Below, piece after piece: positions 11,001 through 19,700 of a stretch of 34,031 bases of DNA. This DNA comes from a virus (taxonomy: Duplodnaviria > Caudoviricetes): positions 1-34,031 of IMG/VR virus record IMGVR_UViG_3300025653_000125; one strand, 5' to 3'. The position numbers were made by a program, and so were the translations under genes. Numbering within the stretch: position 1 is the stretch's first letter; every line of letters begins with the position of its first letter. Below the pieces are notes generated by a model, which was not told the origin of the DNA, searched no databases, and worked only from the letters and a program-made list of their open reading frames with translations.

Positions 11001-13159
11001 CTGACAAGGTAGATAACATCGCCGCATCCATGTTCGTAAACGGCGACACCACCGGCACACTGCAACTAGCTACGTCCTCAGCTCTCAATACTGTGACTAC
11101 TGAGGTGTTCCCCAACGGCACCACATCAGCAAGCTCAATCGATACGCTACAAAGCGCGGTGTTCGACTCAAATGGAGCGGTCAAACTAGCCAGTGCTACA
11201 GCGCTTAACAATTTAGAGACCGAGGTGTTCGGTTCGGGCGGTGCATCTGCCAGTAGAATCGACGGCTTGGTCACCGAAGTTTTCAATGGCGATGGCTCCT
11301 CCAGACTTGCTACCGCAGCAGCTCTTACTACGCTCAATACAGAAGTAAACGGTAGCGGAGCAATCAGTGACAAGGTGGACAACATTGCCGCCGCAATGTT
11401 TGTTTCTGGTAACACTGAAGGCACACTGAATCTAGCAACCGCTGCGGCTGTCAATACACTCACGTCCGAGGTATTCCCTGACGGAACTACAAGCGCAAGC
11501 AGACTAGATACTCTCGATGCTAGCGTCTTCAACTCTGACGGCACGGTAAAGCTAGCAAGCGCCACTTCAGTTTCAGACCTACAAACAGAGGTCTATGGCT
11601 CTGGTGGTGCGGGAGCTAGTCGCATTGATGGGCTGTTCTCAGAGGTGTTCAACTCAGACGGTTCTGGGCGACTCGCTACAGCCGCAAACCTAAATACCGT
11701 CACCACAGAAGTGTTCCCGGACGGGACGGCAAACGCTAGTCGCATCGACAATCTAGCGACCGCTGTTTTCGACAGTTCCGGCAACGTGCAGTTGGCATCG
11801 GCTCAGGTAGTTAGTGACCTCACGACAGAGGTGTTTCCGAACGGATCGGCTAATGCCTCATCAATCGATACCGTTACTGCCACAGTTGCGGGGCAAACCA
11901 GTTCCATTCAGACACTGCAAACTGTTGTAGGTGACGCCAATGGCGGTCTTTCCAGCCAGTACTCGGTCAAGCTAGACAACAATGGGCACATAGCTGGTTT
12001 CGGAATATCAACCACCGATAACGATGGCACACCAACATCCGCGTTCATCATCAGGGCAGACAAGTTTTCGATTGTCGCTCCTACTGCCAGCAACCAGCAG
12101 ACAAATAGTCCCGGCAACTCTTCAGAGCTGATTGTTCCGTTTGTCGTTCAGGCAGCTCAGACCACTATCAACGGTGAAACGGTTCCGGCTGGTGTCTACA
12201 TGGACACTGCCTTCATCAAAAACGGCTCGATCACCAATGCGCTGATCGGTGACGCGGTAATTGATGATGCGAAGATCTCAAACCTGTCGGCAGCAAAAAT
12301 TACGGCGGGAACAATCTCCACATCACGCCTAAACATCGATGGCGCTACTCTGACAGCAGACCCCGTTACAGGTGCTCTGCGTGTAGATGAGATAAATGCG
12401 AACCAAATTACCGCTGGCAGCATTAGTGCGACAGTCATGTCTGCCACTGACATTTACGCCAACAACCTGCTGGGTGATGTAAACGTTATTCAGTCGTTTA
12501 GGGACACTCAAGTACAGCAGTTTGCAGGTGGCGCTAACACGGGCACCTATGGTGGTGACCTGACGTTCCTCGAGGCGACCTTGGCGGCAAGCACCCACAC
12601 GGGCACGGGGCATATCCCTTACGCTCAGGCTAGTGGCTGGTTTAACTCCACAAGCAGCAAGACTTATCGCATCCAGATGTGGATGAAAGACAACTCGACC
12701 GCACTAACCACGATTGGCACACCCGTTACGGTACAGACCGGGGGCTTCAAAAGCTCTGCGTTTATTGAGTTTAGCGGCGATGTGCGAACCCTTGTGCCTC
12801 AGGGCAACACATTGGTGAGTGGAACCAATACGACAACGGTTAGTAGCGCCTTCTATACAGCCTCTAACAGCCGGACGAGGGTTTACGTGGCAAGTGCAGT
12901 CGGCTTTTCAACGAGCGCCAGCGTCAGCACCCGGTCATCAGGGGCTTACCAGCTCGTTGGAGAGACTCGATTCAAGGCAAGTACAGACCTATACATGCCG
13001 TTCTCAATATCGGGTACACGAGGCATTGCGACCACCGGAACAATCGACATGAAGCTGGTGATGACGCGCTTCGGGTCAAGTGGTGTCACAGCCCCAGATA
13101 CGGGCAGCTCAGTGGATTCGATAGGCGAAGTAAGCGGCATGATTATAGGCATGCGTTAA
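8045..13159 (+). CDS. Long tail fibre / host-specificity protein: FnIII-like N-domain, repeat coiled-coil shaft, gpJ-type (DUF1983-like) C-terminal region
   Basis: Likely start is ATG 8045. FnIII-like 'PPAPTSLAASGAFQNVVLTWD...YYWVRAVN'. Lambda-J-like 'QYSVKLDNNGHIAGFGI...FIIRADKFSI...VPFVV...VYMDTAFIKNGSITNA'. Confidence 0.8.
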   Translation: MAKRKANLSVPIKWGAPEKRFGESIKENLDILIGHRGNPIDRAVTFKDLLDTKVLSLAGNASLSTAGDNPANYIVPSQGDTTVQFPPAPTSLAASGAFQNVVLTWDLDTYVGHSHVEIHRHTSDSISNATLVAQVSGFTGIYSDAVGSNANFYYWVRAVNINNEIGPFNSSTGVNGTTQPDLTVIMDLLANQITSSELAQSLASPIAQIPTIDSLLGSIETYTGYTSSYSGNNLLSRISTTETTATLANTLAGNLETFTGYLSSYSGNSLLSRIGSAETTVSGHTTSIGTINSSITSINSSITSLNTATSNLQTSLSDLSANTADVYIQATAPTGTIAANSRWYDTSDNNELHIYFDSDGNGTSEWVEVSDPRVESNETDIAALETEVFNTDGSSRLATASAFSTLNTTVVNQGSSITSLTTDVTSLKNEVFDSNGGSLLATAAALGTTNTTVSNQGTSISSLQTDVTALDGAVFNADNSLKLASTSALNTLTSDVRAIYDGTNPSIVKTIQADVTSLEGQVFNSDGTARLATGSALNTLTNTVTTQGNSLGTAQGDITTLEGAVFNSDGTVKLATTTSVTALTNTVNTQGGNITTLQGDVTDLEAEVFNSDGTGRLATGSALTALSNTVTTQGSSISTVQNDVTSLEGAVFDSSGNVKLATTTALGGLTNTVEAIYDGTNPSVVKTIQTDVTSLESEVFNSDGTGRLATASALSGLSSTVSSQGGSITTLQTDVTDLESQVFNSDGTARLATASALSGVSSSVSTNSGSITTIQGDVTSLEAEVFNSDGTSRLATGSALTSLSNDVSAIYDSSSNSTIVGSIQSDVTSLQGAVFDSNGAVQLASSSAVTLLNNEVWGNGVTPSGAASSRIDSLNSAITNPSTGLTALSGALSTLNTEVFPNGTASASRIDTLDTAVFDSNGTVKLATAQAVSALETEVYGSSGASASRIDGLYTAIYDSNGNFEFATASAFNTLNTAVTGTGAIADKVDNIAASMFVNGDTTGTLQLATSSALNTVTTEVFPNGTTSASSIDTLQSAVFDSNGAVKLASATALNNLETEVFGSGGASASRIDGLVTEVFNGDGSSRLATAAALTTLNTEVNGSGAISDKVDNIAAAMFVSGNTEGTLNLATAAAVNTLTSEVFPDGTTSASRLDTLDASVFNSDGTVKLASATSVSDLQTEVYGSGGAGASRIDGLFSEVFNSDGSGRLATAANLNTVTTEVFPDGTANASRIDNLATAVFDSSGNVQLASAQVVSDLTTEVFPNGSANASSIDTVTATVAGQTSSIQTLQTVVGDANGGLSSQYSVKLDNNGHIAGFGISTTDNDGTPTSAFIIRADKFSIVAPTASNQQTNSPGNSSELIVPFVVQAAQTTINGETVPAGVYMDTAFIKNGSITNALIGDAVIDDAKISNLSAAKITAGTISTSRLNIDGATLTADPVTGALRVDEINANQITAGSISATVMSATDIYANNLLGDVNVIQSFRDTQVQQFAGGANTGTYGGDLTFLEATLAASTHTGTGHIPYAQASGWFNSTSSKTYRIQMWMKDNSTALTTIGTPVTVQTGGFKSSAFIEFSGDVRTLVPQGNTLVSGTNTTTVSSAFYTASNSRTRVYVASAVGFSTSASVSTRSSGAYQLVGETRFKASTDLYMPFSISGTRGIATTGTIDMKLVMTRFGSSGVTAPDTGSSVDSIGEVSGMIIGMR
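9170..11900 (+). repeat. Intragenic degenerate tandem repeats (43/48-aa units, then ~40-aa units in 122-aa super-repeats)
   Basis: (E/A/Q)VF(N/D) codons recur at 9203, 9332, 9461, 9605, 9734, 9863, 9992, 10136, 10265, 10394 and 10541. EVFP recurs at 10736, 11102, 11468, 11708 and 11828. Confidence 0.9.
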
Positions 13160-13189
13160 TAGAGATTTTATGGCAAAAAAGGTACACTT

Positions 13190-13654
13190 GTGGCTCTAGA
13201 ATTTGTTGACATTCGAAAAGTTTGGGATGTCATTCGACCGGGCTTAGAACTAATCCATTCTGAGAATAACCCGGACTGGAGAATCGAGGATGTTTACGCC
13301 GCGTGTGTAAACCAGCGCTCGTTTCTTCTCATGGATTCCGCACGGACCGCCTCAGGCTTCATCGTTCTTCAGACGAAGTCTCACCCTTTCAGGGACAGCA
13401 AGATAATGCTGATCTGGATCGCCTACGATCCTGTCCCCGGAAGCTTGATGACTTATGCCGACGAGCTGGAAGCCTTAGCCCTGAACACAGGGCACTCAGA
13501 AATAGAGTTTTTAACGCCTCATCGTGGGCTATGGGATCTGGGACAGCAGTACGGATACCGACTTCGATGGGCGACTTTGACAAAGAAGCTTGAGGGCGAG
13601 AAATGGGCGGCGGCGATACCCGAGTCAGGGAACCAGAATCACAAGCAGCGTTAG
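13190..13654 (+). CDS. Putative GNAT-fold virion assembly protein
   Basis: Size, alpha/beta pattern ('SGFIVLQ', 'MLIWIAY', 'EIEFLTPHRG') and position immediately before the ejection genes, as in many podoviruses. Confidence 0.55.
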   Translation: MALEFVDIRKVWDVIRPGLELIHSENNPDWRIEDVYAACVNQRSFLLMDSARTASGFIVLQTKSHPFRDSKIMLIWIAYDPVPGSLMTYADELEALALNTGHSEIEFLTPHRGLWDLGQQYGYRLRWATLTKKLEGEKWAAAIPESGNQNHKQR

Positions 13655-14169
13655 CTGAGCAAGCGGCGATTATGTACAACAACTACAGGAGAGACTTTCT
13701 CCCTGTAGAGATGGGCTTTTTAGACAGCGTTGATCGTACATTCGAAGATCAGGCATATGCTGATGCCGGCGGCAGGGCTTCTACCCAGATTGCGGGGCTG
13801 TATGAGCAGCAAATGCCCGAGTTCAAGCGATCTTTAAATAACGCCGGTTTCGATCCCAGTTCAGGAATGTATCAAGGTCGATCCAAGGCTTTGGAGGCAG
13901 CTCAGTTCCGGGGCATGGGCACAGGCGCAGCAGACGCCATGATGTCAAACACTGATCAGGGAATCGCAGGACTCACAAACTTTGTTCGCGGTGGTCAGAA
14001 CCTCGAAACGCAAGCCATGCAAGGAAACATTGACCTAGCTCAAAACCAACTAAGTAGAGCTGGCAACATCGCTCGCCGTGACTTCGCTTCTGCAAGCGGG
14101 ACTGCCGGTGCTCTAGGAACCGGAGTAGGAATGGCTGCTGCCTATGGGCTCGGAGGTCGTTACTCATGA
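13603..14169 (+). CDS. Internal virion (ejection) protein
   Basis: MGGG N-terminus; A/G/Q-rich helical body; C-terminal glycine-rich hydrophobic segment GALGTGVGMAAAYG. Confidence 0.7.
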   Translation: MGGGDTRVREPESQAALAEQAAIMYNNYRRDFLPVEMGFLDSVDRTFEDQAYADAGGRASTQIAGLYEQQMPEFKRSLNNAGFDPSSGMYQGRSKALEAAQFRGMGTGAADAMMSNTDQGIAGLTNFVRGGQNLETQAMQGNIDLAQNQLSRAGNIARRDFASASGTAGALGTGVGMAAAYGLGGRYS

Positions 14170-14693
14170 ATTTTGATGCCTATATGTCGATGCTTAACCC
14201 AGAAATGCAAGCACAGGTTGGCTCCTACTATGGTCGCGGCGGTTACGGCGGACCGTTTGGTGGCTCAACTCAAAACTACGGTAACGGGTTCATTAACCCA
14301 TATCGATATAGCGGGCTGAGTGTAAAGGAGTCTCCAGGTGACAAGCTTTATGCGGACATCATCCGTCAATCTACCCGGGACTATGAAGAGTTTTATGCGC
14401 CACAAGAGCGCCGGCTTCTCGGGATGATCACCAGCACTGGAACAACCTTCCTGCCTGAAGAGTTGGAACGCACTCGAGGTGCGATATTGGGTGCGGCAGA
14501 GAATGTTCAGGGAACTAGTGACCGAAATGCAGCAAGACTGGGCATTCGCAACACCGCGATGGATCAAAACAACATCACCTCGACGCTTGTTGGCGGTGCC
14601 AATGAGACCCGAATGCGCGACGTTGATCGACGACTGCAGATGATTACGGGCGGGCTATCCGGCGTGTCGGGCAAGGCAAGGAGTATCGGCTAA
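14166..14693 (+). CDS. Internal virion protein (175 aa)
   Basis: ATGA coupling; G/Y-rich N-terminus; position in the ejection cluster. Confidence 0.65.
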   Translation: MNFDAYMSMLNPEMQAQVGSYYGRGGYGGPFGGSTQNYGNGFINPYRYSGLSVKESPGDKLYADIIRQSTRDYEEFYAPQERRLLGMITSTGTTFLPEELERTRGAILGAAENVQGTSDRNAARLGIRNTAMDQNNITSTLVGGANETRMRDVDRRLQMITGGLSGVSGKARSIG

Positions 14694-15265
14694 TGAGTGG
14701 ATTAATTAGTTCAGGTCACGCAAAACGCGGTATCGCGATGAAAGGCTTTGCAAAAGTTGCAGAGCTAGACACTCAGCGAGCGAACATGCAGGACCAGCTT
14801 GATGCCGCAAAAGACCAGCAAGAAAAAGCCCTGCTCGGAACCGGTGCCGGCATAGGAGCGCAGTACGGAATTAGCAAGGCAATTGCTGCTAAGGGTGCTA
14901 CGGCGGCAGGAAGCATGTCTCCGGCGATAGCAGCGCCTGTGACTAAGACGACTGCAGCTCTTGGCAGTGCTGTACCGGGAGTCAATACAGCAGCTACCGG
15001 TAAGGCTGGCTTGGCGTTAGCAAAAGCCGTTCCCGGAGCACCGGCTGCGGCGGGTGGAGGTCTTGCTGCCGGCGGTACCGGAGCAGCGGCAGCTAGCTCA
15101 AGTGCGGCAGCGGGAACCGGCGCAGCTGCGGCAGGATCGACTGCTGCTGGTGCTGCAGGAGCTGGTTCAGCGGCGTCTGGCGCAATGGCTGCGCTTGGCA
15201 CGATCGCAGCCCCTATCGCGATTGGGATTGGTGCCGCATTTCTCCTAAACAAATTATTCGGTTGA
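14693..15265 (+). CDS. Ala/Gly-rich membrane-inserting ejection (pilot-like) protein
   Basis: TAATG coupling; low-complexity A/G tract; hydrophobic C-terminus 'IAAPIAIGIGAAFLLNKLFG'. Confidence 0.7.
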   Translation: MSGLISSGHAKRGIAMKGFAKVAELDTQRANMQDQLDAAKDQQEKALLGTGAGIGAQYGISKAIAAKGATAAGSMSPAIAAPVTKTTAALGSAVPGVNTAATGKAGLALAKAVPGAPAAAGGGLAAGGTGAAAASSSAAAGTGAAAAGSTAAGAAGAGSAASGAMAALGTIAAPIAIGIGAAFLLNKLFG

Positions 15266-15273
15266 GGTAAGCC

Positions 15274-16755
15274 ATGTCATTTGCAGACGGCGTTGTAAAG
15301 GGTTACGGGCTAGTTCAAAACACGATGAACGCTGCGGAGGATCGTGCGTTTAGAAAAGAACAACAAGGCGACCTAAGAAACTACCGAGCTCAAACCCTCG
15401 GCATACAGCAGCAACAGGCTGACGACTTAGCAACCTATCGCGATCAAAATCTTTCGCTGCAGCGCGACGTCAAGACGATGGACCATCAATACAGAGTTCT
15501 TAAGGCGGCGTTTGATGCTCAAAATCAGGAGCGAGATGACGGCAACGCGGCAATAACTGCTCAAGCAGCTCTCGTTCGAGCCGAGACGGATGCCGGCGAA
15601 TCGGCGCAGGACCTTGCTGATGCCAAGGATATTACTGACGGAAAGATCCTCAACAATATTTTTGAGATAGCTCAGAGCGGTGACACTCAAAGACGCCAAA
15701 ATCGTGACTTGGTGTCAAGCTATTTTGATCAGCTCGAGGGGAGCCGGCTGTTTCCAATCGACACGATAATGTCCACCGACTTTAACGTTCACTCACAAGA
15801 GCTCTCTGGACTAATCGAGTCAATGGCGACTGGGCAAAACGTTCAAATCAATCAGCCTCAGCTTGCTGCACTAACTGACATCATGAGCATCAATAACACC
15901 AAGGCAATCGGATCCAAGGTTGATAGCCAAACGTTTCCAAATGCTCCCGCGGAGTATGAGGGCTACACCATTCGCGATATTAACCTTGCCGATTTAGAAG
16001 CCGTTGGTGGAAAGATCCGGGGATCAGTATCGGTTGAGCTGGAAGACCCCAATGGTGGGTCCGTTTTTTATTACCCGACCCTTACCGAGTTCCGAGGCGG
16101 AAATACAGCCCAGCTCGAGATGGAACCCGGTGAAGCTATGCAAGCCATGTATGGCAGGACAATGATGTACAACAACCTTCTTTCTAACACCGTGTTTAAA
16201 GAGGAAGTAAACAACTACAAGGTCGATAAGCGCGGCGGTGCAGATAAGGTCAAGGCTAGAACTGCGTCTGAGGTTAAGCGAGTTACGGACCTATTAGCGA
16301 AAAACGACTCAAACCAAGCCAACGCTCTGTTTATTGAAAACAACGATCTTCAGGGCTTGGTTATGCCGGGAGAAAACCCTGCAGACTTGCAAAACAAGCT
16401 GGCGCTTTTGGAAGAGCGAGCCGAGCGCAGATACTTATACGGCACCCCAACAGAGTCAAAAGTCAGTCGAGCGCAAGACTATGCTGCCCAGCTTCGAGGT
16501 CTTATGCCTCAAGTCAATGTGGATACTGGTGACCGATCTCTCAAATCATCAGGTGCCAACAGCCGACAGACGGTTAGAGGTAACGGCATTGTTTCCTTGA
16601 GCGAGCTGATTGGTGACGTTAACGAACTAAATCCAAATCAAATGGCGCACATTAACGCCATGATCAATAACCCGGATGACATGACCATTCCGGCAGCTAA
16701 GTTTGAGCGGCTACAACAATATTTGATCAACCAAGGCTTGATGGCTCGACCATAA
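15274..16755 (+). CDS. Internal virion (ejection) protein, 493 aa
   Basis: RBS GAGGT; 'MSFADGVVKGYGLV' N-terminus followed by Q-rich coiled coil, typical of DNA-transfer proteins. Confidence 0.7.
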   Translation: MSFADGVVKGYGLVQNTMNAAEDRAFRKEQQGDLRNYRAQTLGIQQQQADDLATYRDQNLSLQRDVKTMDHQYRVLKAAFDAQNQERDDGNAAITAQAALVRAETDAGESAQDLADAKDITDGKILNNIFEIAQSGDTQRRQNRDLVSSYFDQLEGSRLFPIDTIMSTDFNVHSQELSGLIESMATGQNVQINQPQLAALTDIMSINNTKAIGSKVDSQTFPNAPAEYEGYTIRDINLADLEAVGGKIRGSVSVELEDPNGGSVFYYPTLTEFRGGNTAQLEMEPGEAMQAMYGRTMMYNNLLSNTVFKEEVNNYKVDKRGGADKVKARTASEVKRVTDLLAKNDSNQANALFIENNDLQGLVMPGENPADLQNKLALLEERAERRYLYGTPTESKVSRAQDYAAQLRGLMPQVNVDTGDRSLKSSGANSRQTVRGNGIVSLSELIGDVNELNPNQMAHINAMINNPDDMTIPAAKFERLQQYLINQGLMARP

Positions 16756-16765
16756 GGGGAACCGA

Positions 16766-19700
16766 ATGGCTGGCATAGTACTGGGTCGCAAAACTCCATT
16801 TGCCCCCGAACTTCCCGAACAAAAAACTGAGGACCTTGGTGACAAGCTGACTGAGGGTGGAATCCTTGCGGACACTCAGTTCGGTAAAGGCTTAGATGCA
16901 GGTATCGACCAAACCCAAGGTCTTGGCGGTGCGCTCAAAGCCACGGTCGGTAGCGCTATTGGCAATGAGGAGTGGGTCGATTCAGGTCTAGCTTACTACC
17001 GCAAGAAAATGCAGGACGCTGCCAACGTAGGCGCAAATGTCACCTCCGTAGAAGAGATAGATTCATTCGGTGATTTCACTGATTGGGCTGGCTACACCCT
17101 CGGAACGCTGGTGCCTGATGTGGTTGGTGGCGGCGTTGCAGGTGTTGCGGCAAAAGCTGGTACTAAAAAACTGCTAAAAAACAAGCTCGAGCAGGAAGCT
17201 GATACGATCGGCAAGCGTCTTGCAGAAAAGGTCACTCAAAAGAACTACGACGCTGCTGCCGGATTTGTTGGTTATAGCGCAGCACAGAACACCGCCTCTA
17301 ACTTTGCTGAAATCTATGAAGAAACCGGTCTTGAGGCTCCCGGCAAAGCCCTAGCTGTTGGTGTGGCTCAGGGAGCGCTCGATCGTTTTGGCGTTCCACA
17401 GCGAGCATTCAAGCGAATGTTTGGATCGGACGGATTAGAGCAGTTTAACGACGACATTGCTGAGCGAGTCTTTATGAGTAAGGACTACGTCTTGGCGGTG
17501 GGTCGTGAGGCGGTCAAAGCTGCTGGCGTAGAAGGCTTCACAGAATTTACTCAGGAGTTTTTGGGCAGAGCCGCAGTGGCATGGGCAGAAGAAAACCTGC
17601 CTGAAGACCAGCAGCGTGAGTTCTTGGAGATCGTCGCAGATGAACGATCCAAGTCCATGTACATCAACTCCTTTGCATCCGGTGTTCTTGCCGGAACTGC
17701 TGGCGGTGCCGCAATACAGGCGACAAAGGTGGGCGGCAGACGCCCAGACCAGCCCGGTCCCGAGGGTCCCGAACCGTTTAGCGAAGAGGCTGAGCAAGCT
17801 CGCATCAATCGTATGCCTGAGGCTCGTCGTAAAGTTATTGAGCTGACCCAAGCAGAGACAACTATCGACCCGGAGGGGGGTCCGACACCAGAGCCGACGC
17901 CCGGTACGGTCGCGCTTACCCCTGAGGAAACAACAATACAGCCCGGTCAGGACCCCAGCATGGACATTTTGCTGGAGGGGTACGACAGACCGCCGGCAGA
18001 GCCGATGCTGTACTGGGGCAACATGCCTGTGCCGCTACAAAAGCAGCTCATTGTTGACGGCATGGAAGACGATATAGCTACAGAGGCTGACCTGAGAGCA
18101 GCGGCTGAAAAGCTCGAGGGCACAGAAAGATCTTCTGCGCTGAACGCTATCAATGCGTCGGTAAATCGTGGCACTCGTCGTGCAGTACCACTGGAAACGC
18201 AGCAAACAGATGAGTTCGGCGGCGAGATCTTTATGGTCAGCACACCAGAAACTCTAAGCCAAAAAATCGAGTCGTTTAACGATGCTGCTGCGCGTGGACC
18301 AATTCCCAAAACAACGGGTGAAGGAGAGTTTGCATCTCAAGGCGTTACTGAAGCGGACATAAACTTCAATATCACACCGTCTCGGGGTCCTGTGTCCATG
18401 CTCACCGAGGACGGCAGAACAGTTCAACTGCCCGGTCTCACCGACTTTGTAGGAAGCACCGACCCAACAGCCAACCCAGCCCTCGAGGAAGCGGCGTCTA
18501 TCTACCTTGACCTCGCAATGCGTGGCGTACCAAAAGAGTTTCGTGATCTTGTGAAAGGCACTCACGTCCTTTCAACTGAGGACATACCTCACGACGCAGA
18601 GGCGGCTTTCCTCGACAGGTCTAGTGTGATCGGCATGAGGTTCGATCACTTGCTAGAGGGAGCAGATGACGAGCAGAGAGCTCGCCGCAATCGCTTCAAT
18701 ACAGCGCATGAAGTAATGCATGCAGCTGACTTTAGAAACGGCTACTCATCTGCTATCGATCACTTCAAAATGAAGGTAGAAGACATCGACGGCGATGGTC
18801 AGCCTGATATCTCTATGGGTAGAGCCATCGAGGAAATCTTTGACCTATGGGAGTCTGACGCAGAAGGAGCTGGCTTCTTTTCGTACCCACTAGACGCCCT
18901 TTACGACAACATCGCTAAGCAAAATGGCGACCCAGAGAAGATCCAAGGTGTACTCGATGGCGCACGAGAGGAGCTGTTCGCTCAACTTGGTGCAGCCTAC
19001 GTGGCTAACGAGGGATCGATACAGAAGAGTTTGCCGTTTGGGCATAGTATAATCGAGGACATATTCGCTAACCCTGTTCCGGCAGAGCAGTTAGTAACTA
19101 ACGACGTAAGAGGTTTGTATGGGAATCAGGAAGCTAACCAAGAAACCCCTGTCTCCGAAGGTGCAGGAGTACCTCGAGACGTTCGGACACCTGCCGAGTC
19201 AGGAGGCGTTCAAGTTCAAGACGAAGGAGGAGCTGGAGGAACTGGCGGACCTAGCCTTGTCGAGGAACAAGCCAGTGAAAGCGTGGGCGGAACGCCCGAA
19301 CCTGAAGCTGGGGACAGTGCAGGACAAGTATTACCAGTAGAGCGCACAGAGCTCAGGCAAAGCTTACTTCAAAGCATTCCTGAAGGCGGAATATCCTCAG
19401 CTCAACTGTCCGAACAGGTAGGACAGGAAGAAGCAAACTTCCGTGATCTTCTAGATCAGATGGAGGAAGACGGAGAAATTACCTCCGAGCTAACAGCTGA
19501 CGGCGAGCTTTACCTGCCCGCATCCTCCGAGCCTAAGTTCATCAAGAAAGGCGCGGAGTATTTGCTACAGAACTCCCGGGGCAAGACCACTGGAAAAGCA
19601 TCCGTAACAAAGGCGATCAATCCCAAGAATGCAGCCAAGCAAATACCTGCTCTTCAGGCGCTGAGCGATCGACACGACGATCCGCTGTCCTCACCTGCCG

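Noticed and set aside
9170-11900. CRISPR array or DGR template/variable repeats
   Set aside because: The repeats are in-frame and degenerate at synonymous positions, with no spacers, no adenine-specific pattern that I could see and no reverse transcriptase in the window.
8836-12453. Series of minus-strand ORFs up to 216 aa
   Set aside because: Antisense shadows of the repetitive S/T/A-rich fibre gene, with no independent motifs.
14773-15252. 159-aa Pro/Ala-rich minus-strand ORF
   Set aside because: Mirror of the Ala/Gly-rich ejection protein.
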